Assembly: GCA_023443315.1 (NCBI GenBank)
Contig: JAEZVA010000028.1
Location: 1 to 64,000, forward strand
Direction: 5' to 3'
Length of the DNA stretch: 64,000 bases
Source of the DNA: Bacillota bacterium
GTDB taxonomy: Bacteria > Bacillota > Clostridia > Oscillospirales > Ruminococcaceae
Part shown: piece by piece, positions 57,698 to 64,000 of the stretch
Numbering within the stretch: position 1 is the first letter of the stretch
Layout: each line of letters starts with the position of its first letter
The notes under the pieces: model-generated
What the model saw: only the letters and a program-made list of their open reading frames with translations
Databases searched by the model: none
What the model was told of the DNA's origin: nothing
Position numbers and translations under genes: made by a program

Positions 57698-58972
57698 TTA
57701 TTTCTCCCGAACTGTAATAACAACCGAGTAATCACCGATTGCCCACACCACACCGCGGGATGGTATGATGATTCGCACCGGCACGTTATGCTGACTGCCC
57801 GTACCAAGATCGCGATCAGACACATCGACCTCGGCTACGATATCACCAGCGGTAATCTGTTCAAGAATCTCTGCCGGACCCACGATTTGAACATTGTTGA
57901 TGCCCTTTGTCGCGAGTGCCACCTCATAGTTGGTCGGTTCGTTTACAATGTTGATTGTCTTTACATTGAATTTGCGTACCGCGTAATCGGCGATAGAAAA
58001 ATCCACCTTCACAGATGTTACGTTGTCGATGTTTTCAAAGCCTTCTGGCAGTTCAATGTCAAATACAAACACACTGTTTGGCTCAACAAGCTTTAAATCT
58101 ACGTAGCGAACACTAATCTTTGACATCGTGTCAATCGTTTCTGCAGGACCAGCTACAAGTATCTGCGTATCGGACAGCGAATACTGCAGTTCGTCAACCA
58201 AGAAGTTGTCGGGTAGGTTATTAAATTCCACTTCAATGGGCAGAACTTTTTGCTTTAACACAGGAATGGTAACATCCGCGCGCTCACGGTCAAGCTTTAG
58301 GTTTGTCATATCCACCGGCTGGCCCGTAACATCATATAAAACAATCCCGCCGCTTCCAACGGTTGCTTTATCTACTGTCTCGGGCAGCGCAGGGTCTGGG
58401 ACGACAAGACACTTCGCTATTCGGGCAACGTCGGTTTCGGGACCCGATATGGTAATCTCACCCGGGGTGATATAATGCTTACCCATGATATACCCGCTAG
58501 GAACAGTAACGGACGACAGATCAATCGACAAAGGCATCTTCTTTGTGACATACTTATCAAACCGTACCGAAACAATAATCGGAGACGTGGGTTGAATGAT
58601 GTCGTAATCGGTATTTTGATATTTTTTGCTTACCTGCACCTCAAGGTCGTAGGTGCCTGGGGAGTCCACCCCAAACAGGGAAACGGAGGTGATAAAGTCG
58701 TCCGATGTGATCTCGGATACTGGAAATCGATTTCCGACAACATCAATCTCCACCGCTTTATTGCTAACATAGACTACGCTGAGCCCCAGTTTTTCAAGGC
58801 TGGTCGTATCAAAAGCAACCGGTATTCCAGTTACCCTTTGCTCCTTAGTCGGGTCAACTACATTAACAACAAACGCCCAAACAATAATGCCGAGAATTAC
58901 AGAGATTATCATTAAAATCCTGTCATTATAAAACAGCTTGCGAAAGCCAATCTTTTTCATTTTCACCTTCAT
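57698..58972 (-). CDS. cdaR: YbbR-domain protein, CdaA regulator
   Basis: N-terminal anchor plus repeated YbbR-like beta domains. The ATG at 58972 overlaps the cdaA stop as ATGA, with AAGGGA 7 nt upstream. Confidence 0.88.
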   Translation of the reverse strand: MKVKMKKIGFRKLFYNDRILMIISVILGIIVWAFVVNVVDPTKEQRVTGIPVAFDTTSLEKLGLSVVYVSNKAVEIDVVGNRFPVSEITSDDFITSVSLFGVDSPGTYDLEVQVSKKYQNTDYDIIQPTSPIIVSVRFDKYVTKKMPLSIDLSSVTVPSGYIMGKHYITPGEITISGPETDVARIAKCLVVPDPALPETVDKATVGSGGIVLYDVTGQPVDMTNLKLDRERADVTIPVLKQKVLPIEVEFNNLPDNFLVDELQYSLSDTQILVAGPAETIDTMSKISVRYVDLKLVEPNSVFVFDIELPEGFENIDNVTSVKVDFSIADYAVRKFNVKTINIVNEPTNYEVALATKGINNVQIVGPAEILEQITAGDIVAEVDVSDRDLGTGSQHNVPVRIIIPSRGVVWAIGDYSVVITVREK

Positions 58973-59874
58973 TTTGATTTCCCTTTCCAAAACGACGGTC
59001 TTTTCTCCGCAAGCTCCGACAGTTTATTGGTAAACAGGGTCTTCTCAAGACGTTCTTGTAATGTGGCCGCATCGTAGTTTCTTATCAGTTTTCCGTTTTC
59101 TGCAACCGAGATTACCCCAGTTTCCTCACTAACCACAATAATGACGGCATCTGAATTTTCACTCATACCAAGCGCAGCTCGATGGCGCGTACCCAGTGTT
59201 TTACTGATGGATTGGTTGTCCGATATCGGAAGAAAACAGCCCGCCGCATATAGCTTACCGTTTCTTATCATCATTGCTCCGTCATGTAACGGTGAGTTTG
59301 GGAAAAAAACATTCCCCACAAGCTCCGCACTTACGTCTGCGTCAATAACCGTGCCGCTTTTAATAATCTCGCCAAGCTTCGTTTCCCGCTCAATTACAAT
59401 TAGTGCGCCGATCTTCTGCCTGGAAAGCGAAACCGCGCTTTCACACAGCGCAGAAACAGCCGAATGCCAACGTCTTTCCTGCTCATCCTCATCAATATCA
59501 CCCTGTGAGAACATAGTAAGCCCGATTTTAGCCCTGCCTACCTGCTCCAATGCCCTTCGCAGTTCTGGCTGGAATACGACAACCAACGCGGTTACGCCGA
59601 GCGTAAGTACATTTTGTAAAAGAAAGCTCATTGTGGTCAATTGAAAGATGTCTACCAATAAGTAGCCGACAGCTAGCAGAACAAAACCTTTAACCAGTTG
59701 TTCGGCGCGGGTATCGCGCACCAACTTGATGATTTTATAGATGAGATAAGACACAATCGCCACATCTAAAAAATCCGCAAATTCGATGGTGTCCGCCCAT
59801 CGTACAATGCTCTCCCATATCGTTGATAGTTCCATCTTAAACGACCACGCCTTTCCGGATTTGTGCAGTAACAT
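58969..59874 (-). CDS. cdaA: Diadenylate cyclase (c-di-AMP synthase)
   Basis: Three N-terminal TM helices. DAC motifs DGAMMI and GTRHRAALG. The start could instead be ATG 59835 (MELSTIW). Confidence 0.93.
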   Translation of the reverse strand: MLLHKSGKAWSFKMELSTIWESIVRWADTIEFADFLDVAIVSYLIYKIIKLVRDTRAEQLVKGFVLLAVGYLLVDIFQLTTMSFLLQNVLTLGVTALVVVFQPELRRALEQVGRAKIGLTMFSQGDIDEDEQERRWHSAVSALCESAVSLSRQKIGALIVIERETKLGEIIKSGTVIDADVSAELVGNVFFPNSPLHDGAMMIRNGKLYAAGCFLPISDNQSISKTLGTRHRAALGMSENSDAVIIVVSEETGVISVAENGKLIRNYDAATLQERLEKTLFTNKLSELAEKRPSFWKGKSK

Positions 59875-60016
59875 ACAGCATCAACCCGAATAAAAAGTGT
59901 AAAGTGTTACTGCTGCGGCAACACAAGATAATAAACACCGAAATGCCGCTGTGTTTTTGTTATTCTATATACATACAGCTTGCCATACATCAACTTTGCA
60001 TTTTACAATTAACTAT

Positions 60017-60044
60017 ATTGTAGCATATTTGTTGGTGATTGCAA
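60017..60044 (-). promoter_or_regulatory. Sigma-A-type promoter upstream of cdaA
   Basis: Minus strand: TTGCAA (60044-60039), a 16-nt spacer ending in TG, then TACAAT (60022-60017). Leader of about 135-175 nt. Confidence 0.55.
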
Positions 60045-60122
60045 TGCCAAATATCGAATGGATTGATTTTGATAATTTACGGAAACACTGTTTACTCACA
60101 ACATACAAAAACTGAACTCCAG

Positions 60123-61253
60123 TTAATGCAGCTGTTTGAGCTCATGCACAAATTTGAGTACCTGCTCCTGTGTGTTGTATACCGAAAAACTTGCGCGAAC
60201 CGCCCCGAAATCACCCGTTTTAAGCTTTTGATGTGCAAGCGGGGTACAGTGAAAACCGCCACGCAGCGCAAAGCCACGCTTGCTCATTTCCTCCACCACG
60301 GTTTCGCTCTTAATTTCTCCTACATTAAAGCACAGCACCGGCAGATGCGTGTTCCATTCTGGGCGCAGGGTATATAGCTTTATGTTTTTCATCTTTTTTA
60401 AAGAATCGTACAAAAGCTGTGTAAGGGCAAGCTCGTGGCGGTAGATGCGATCATGCCCCATTGATGTGACAAACTGCATCCCCTCTTGTAATCCCGCAAT
60501 CCCATATGTGTTGAGCGTACCGCTTTCCAAACGCTCCGGCATGCTGGGCGGTTGTTCTTTTAAATAGGACTGGCTGCCCGTCCCTCCCTCAATAATGGTA
60601 GCGAGACCTTCCCCTTTGGCGGTAATCAACATACCGGTGCCGGGAGGACCGTATAAACCTTTATGTCCGGGCATACACAAAAAATCTGCCTTGCCGAGTG
60701 AAGCACGGCGTGTACCCGCAGACTGAGCCAAATCCAGCACAAGAACAAGCCCATGTTTTTTACATAGGTCGTATAATGCATCGCACGGCAGCATCACCCC
60801 ACATAAATTAGAGCCAGATGAACATGCAATCATCTTTGTTTTTGTTGTTATCTGGCTCTCAAACGAACGCACCGTTTTGTCAAAATCACCCTCGTACGTC
60901 TCGGCAATGGAGTAGGTTACCCCACCGTCCTGCGAAAGCCGATAGACGGGACGAAATACCGAGTTGTGCTCCATATCGGATATAATTACATGCGAGCCCT
61001 TTGTGAGTGCACCCTTTATCGCGGTGTTCAACGCTTGGGTGCAGTTTGCGGTAAATACCACATTATCTGGCTCAGCGTCAAAAAGTTTAGCCGCGGTTTC
61101 TCGGCATTCAAAAACCTTTTTTGCCGTCAGCATAGAAAGACGATGCCCGCTACGACCGGGATTCGCGCCGTAGTATTCGGCACACTCTCTGATGGCGCGC
61201 AGTACCGAAGCGGGCTTGTGCATCGTCGTAGCGGCGTTGTCAAAATACGTCAT
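60123..61253 (-). CDS. Class V aminotransferase-fold cysteine desulfurase family protein
   Basis: PLP lysine in MPGHKGLYGPPGTG and C-terminal GGFHCTPLAH. 376 aa. Confidence 0.85.
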   Translation of the reverse strand: MTYFDNAATTMHKPASVLRAIRECAEYYGANPGRSGHRLSMLTAKKVFECRETAAKLFDAEPDNVVFTANCTQALNTAIKGALTKGSHVIISDMEHNSVFRPVYRLSQDGGVTYSIAETYEGDFDKTVRSFESQITTKTKMIACSSGSNLCGVMLPCDALYDLCKKHGLVLVLDLAQSAGTRRASLGKADFLCMPGHKGLYGPPGTGMLITAKGEGLATIIEGGTGSQSYLKEQPPSMPERLESGTLNTYGIAGLQEGMQFVTSMGHDRIYRHELALTQLLYDSLKKMKNIKLYTLRPEWNTHLPVLCFNVGEIKSETVVEEMSKRGFALRGGFHCTPLAHQKLKTGDFGAVRASFSVYNTQEQVLKFVHELKQLH

Positions 61254-61474
61254 GCTCCATCATCCTTCAATGCGTTCTGATAAGGAATATTCATTTTATT
61301 CAGCAGCTCGACCGCTGTACTAAAACGAGTATTGATGCGTATCGCATATTGACATCCGTTGCGCTGTCTATCCTGTGTTTTTTGAATCTCTGCCCGGATT
61401 CCGCTGCGTTGCAGCAGGGTCTGCGCTTTCATTGCGTAGGTCACCGTCGAAAAGGTGAGCAATCCGCTCTGCAT
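61250..61474 (-). CDS. DUF3343-family small protein (putative Se/S carrier-like)
   Basis: 74 aa from ATG 61474 (AAAGGAGTG 6 nt upstream). The segments LLTFSTVTYAMKAQTLLQ...NGCQYAIRI are typical DUF3343. A 4-nt overlap with the desulfurase gene. Confidence 0.72.
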   Translation of the reverse strand: MQSGLLTFSTVTYAMKAQTLLQRSGIRAEIQKTQDRQRNGCQYAIRINTRFSTAVELLNKMNIPYQNALKDDGA

Positions 61475-61608
61475 TTTATACACTCCTTTGCTCGGCGCAA
61501 AATGAAACAATGACTCATCCGTAATCGCCATAGTTCATCTTATGCCAAACAGCAGGAGTTGCAACAGAAAAACCTATTTTATTACTAAGAGAATTGTGTG
61601 CCTAATAT

Positions 61609-62091
61609 TTAAAATTGCTGCATTAAGCACACCGCGTGAGCAGAAATTCCAAGACCCTCTCCCGTAAAGCCAAGCTGCTCTTCCGTGGTTGCCTTAACAC
61701 CGATGCGCTCAATGTCGCAGCAGATTGCGTCTGCAATATTCTTGCGCATCTGCTCAATATAAGGCGAAAGTTTCGGTTCTTGTGCAACAATGGTGGCGTC
61801 AATGTTTCCTACCCGATACCCTGCTTCCTTTGCAATCTGCACGACCCTTTTTAACAGCATTATGCTGTTCGCATTATGGTAAGCTTCGTCGGTATCGGGA
61901 AAATGCCTGCCAATATCACCGAGCGCAAGCGCGCCCAGTATCGAATCGGATACTGCGTGGGCCAGTACATCCGCATCCGAATGCCCCAAAAGCCCTTTTT
62001 TATATGGTATGGTAACCCCACCAAGAATCAATGCACGACCCGAAACAAGCCTATGCACATCATATCCGTGACCGATTCTTAAATCCATCAT
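61609..62091 (-). CDS. ispF: 2-C-methyl-D-erythritol 2,4-cyclodiphosphate synthase
   Basis: [10 protein letters not shown] and [11 protein letters not shown] motifs. Confidence 0.95.
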   Translation of the reverse strand: MMDLRIGHGYDVHRLVSGRALILGGVTIPYKKGLLGHSDADVLAHAVSDSILGALALGDIGRHFPDTDEAYHNANSIMLLKRVVQIAKEAGYRVGNIDATIVAQEPKLSPYIEQMRKNIADAICCDIERIGVKATTEEQLGFTGEGLGISAHAVCLMQQF

Positions 62092-62113
62092 TGTATCGGC
62101 TCTCCGTTTCCTT

Positions 62114-62824
62114 CTACTTTTCGTCCGTTATATCCTGCCATTGCATGAGTGCGCGGGCAATGGCAATATCCTCTGGCGTTGTAATCTTTATGTTTTTATA
62201 GTCTCCCTCACACAGATACACGGTATGACCTGCACGTTCAAACAACTGGCAATCGTCGGTAAGGTCAAGCCCCATGTGAATTGCCTGCTTGAGCGACATC
62301 CGGTAAGTATCTGCCGAAAACATCTGCGGGGTTTGCACTTGATATAGATTGCTTCTGTCTACCGTTTGCTCTACCTTTTTGTCGGCACCTACGCGTTTTA
62401 CGGTATCCTTTACAGGAACAGCCGCTGCGGTCGCGCCGTAGATCAGCGCATTCTCAATCACAGAATTCACTGTATGGTCTGGTACCAAAGGGCGTGCGCC
62501 ATCGTGAATAATATAAAAATCCGCCTTGTCGCTGCAAGACGAAATCCCGTTAGAGACAGACTCCTGCCTTGTTGCTCCGCCCGCAACAACACAGCGAAGT
62601 TTACGAAACCCAAATTCCTCTGCCATGCTACCGACGTCCATAATGTGCTCGCCCTTGGTCACCACGATGATTTCATCGACAGACGCGCATTGTTGAAATA
62701 CACGGATACTATGTGCAAGCACCGGCATCCCTCCGAGCATAATCATCTGTTTGTCAATGCCTTGCCCCATTCTCGCTGAACTGCCGGCTGCAACAATAAT
62801 TGCCGAGATGAAATGGTTTTGCAT
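62114..62824 (-). CDS. ispD: 2-C-methyl-D-erythritol 4-phosphate cytidylyltransferase
   Basis: [14 protein letters not shown]-terminus. IspD fold length. It lies upstream of ispF. Confidence 0.94.
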   Translation of the reverse strand: MQNHFISAIIVAAGSSARMGQGIDKQMIMLGGMPVLAHSIRVFQQCASVDEIIVVTKGEHIMDVGSMAEEFGFRKLRCVVAGGATRQESVSNGISSCSDKADFYIIHDGARPLVPDHTVNSVIENALIYGATAAAVPVKDTVKRVGADKKVEQTVDRSNLYQVQTPQMFSADTYRMSLKQAIHMGLDLTDDCQLFERAGHTVYLCEGDYKNIKITTPEDIAIARALMQWQDITDEK

Positions 62825-62884
62825 CTGTGTCCCTCGTTTTCTTTCCTTACTCTTTTCTATAGCTTCTCAATAGCATTATAACGT

Positions 62885-62913
62885 AAGAACGGTGGTTTTG
62901 AAATAAAAACACA
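62885..62913 (-). promoter_or_regulatory. Possible promoter for ispDF
   Basis: Minus strand: TTTCAA, a 17-nt spacer, then TATAAT (62890-62885). The -35 matches only 3 of 6 positions. Confidence 0.35.
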
Positions 62914-62919
62914 GCAAAT

Positions 62920-63714
62920 TTAGTTTGGATAGGCATTGTTATTTACCGGATGCTGAATTCCGTTATAATCGATGGATGCTTCACCTGAAATCAGCAGGTT
63001 ACTTACCGTAACAAATACATACCCCTGCTTCTTAAGGGCTTTTATGATATCGGGCAGCGCGGCTCTGGTATTGTCAAGACCGGTGTGCATCAAAATAATC
63101 CCGCCGGGCTTTGCCTTTTGCAGTACACGGCTAGTCAGCTTTGGGGGTTCCGGTTTCCGCCAATCAATGCTGTCGATCGACCACTGGATGACCGTGTGCT
63201 TCATCTCCTGCGCGGTTTGCACCACCGTATCGTTATAAGCGCCAGACGGGGCACGGAACAGCGTCGGCCATACCCCTGTTGCCTTTTGTATTACCTCGTC
63301 TGCCATGGAGATATCCTTTTTTATCTGCTCTGCAGAAAGTTTGGTCATATCGGGATGTGCGTAAGAGTGATTGCCGATTTCATGTCCGGCTTCCTCTATC
63401 ATTTTTGCCTCGTTCGGGTTCTTTTCCGCCCATTCTCCCACTAAAAAGAAGGTGCAAACCACATCCTGCTTTTTGAGGATATCCAATAGCTCGGGGATAT
63501 CGTCCGCTGTCCATGCCGCGTTAAAGGTCAATGCAAGCCGCTTGTCTGAAACCTCAACGCCATACACAGGAAGCTTTGCATAATGTGCCCACCCTGATGC
63601 CGGAACGACAACATGGTCAAGCTTTGCAGCAAGAAATAGAAACGCAATGAACACGGCAACAGCCAAAACCATCGTGAACAGGTTGCTTTTTGTTATAATC
63701 ATGTATCGTTTCAT
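62920..63714 (-). CDS. Polysaccharide deacetylase (NodB-homology) family protein, PdaB-like
   Basis: N-terminal anchor and NodB motif 2 GNHSYAHPDM. Motif 1 is degenerate (LTFNAAW instead of TFDDG), as in sporulation PdaB-type proteins. Start at ATG 63714 (alternative TTG 63720). Confidence 0.8.
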   Translation of the reverse strand: MKRYMIITKSNLFTMVLAVAVFIAFLFLAAKLDHVVVPASGWAHYAKLPVYGVEVSDKRLALTFNAAWTADDIPELLDILKKQDVVCTFFLVGEWAEKNPNEAKMIEEAGHEIGNHSYAHPDMTKLSAEQIKKDISMADEVIQKATGVWPTLFRAPSGAYNDTVVQTAQEMKHTVIQWSIDSIDWRKPEPPKLTSRVLQKAKPGGIILMHTGLDNTRAALPDIIKALKKQGYVFVTVSNLLISGEASIDYNGIQHPVNNNAYPN

Positions 63715-64000
63715 ATACAATAGGCCCTCCGCTCTGCAAAACAGCCGAATCGTTCACCGCATTGCTGCATAGCCATTATATGCCGTTTGGCATGTACGCT
63801 ATTCGGAGCAAGGACTTTGTCTTTCGAAACCGTGCGCATAACTGTTTTCAACGCGCATTACATCAAGTAATTTAAGAATTCAATGAATATAACAAACCTG
63901 TCGCGTTGATGCACTTATACAACCATTTAGTCGATGAGCGTGCTTCACCTGATAAACGTGAATTTGATGTTTTCATGAAAGATATCGCCCATAGCCGTGT

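Overview
This is a 64-kb stretch of core chromosome, about 50% GC by eye, from an endospore-forming Clostridia-class Firmicute. Gene content and synteny look Oscillospiraceae/Ruminococcaceae-like, but that cannot be proven from this window.

I call 64 protein-coding genes. All are on the minus strand and tightly packed, with many ATGA/TAATG or longer overlaps.

Gene content in window order:
- ispA-xseB-xseA-(TsaD-like)-nusB-asp23
- a complete spoIIIAA-AH operon
- secDF, purB, a PLP aminotransferase, asnS
- a TIGR03960/TIGR03936-type radical-SAM pair and an M23/M50 protease pair
- gatCAB, ligA, yunB, pfkA, dnaE
- whiA-rapZ-murB, ROK glucokinase, a PHP phosphoesterase, hprK
- a DUF3267/THUMP-methyltransferase pair, hpf, an amidohydrolase
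- the Bacillus-type yabM-mazG-(hup)-yabO-yabP-yabQ-divIC-yabR block
- a recJ-relA-dtd string extended by an MBL hydrolase, a HemZ-like radical-SAM protein, a P-loop kinase and a small coiled-coil protein
- cdaA-cdaR plus an FAD protein, DUF3343 plus cysteine desulfurase, ispD-ispF and a PdaB-like deacetylase

I found no rRNA, tRNA, CRISPR array, transposase, integrase, phage module or recognisable defence gene.

This is an ordinary housekeeping and sporulation region. I could not find a convincing new multi-gene system.

The best leads are modest:
- a catalytically intact-looking TsaD/Kae1 paralog in the slot folD occupies in Bacillus
- the uncharacterised radical-SAM pair next to a truncated M50 site-2 protease
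- an unusually long (about 215 nt) structured leader in front of hprK, with a loop complementary to the ribosome-binding site
- an uncharacterised gene tail on the relA operon
- several near-consensus sigma-A promoters followed by 100-215 nt leaders

Many starts in the supplied ORF track are over-extended. I re-placed them using ribosome-binding sites and family N-termini, and these placements are not certain.
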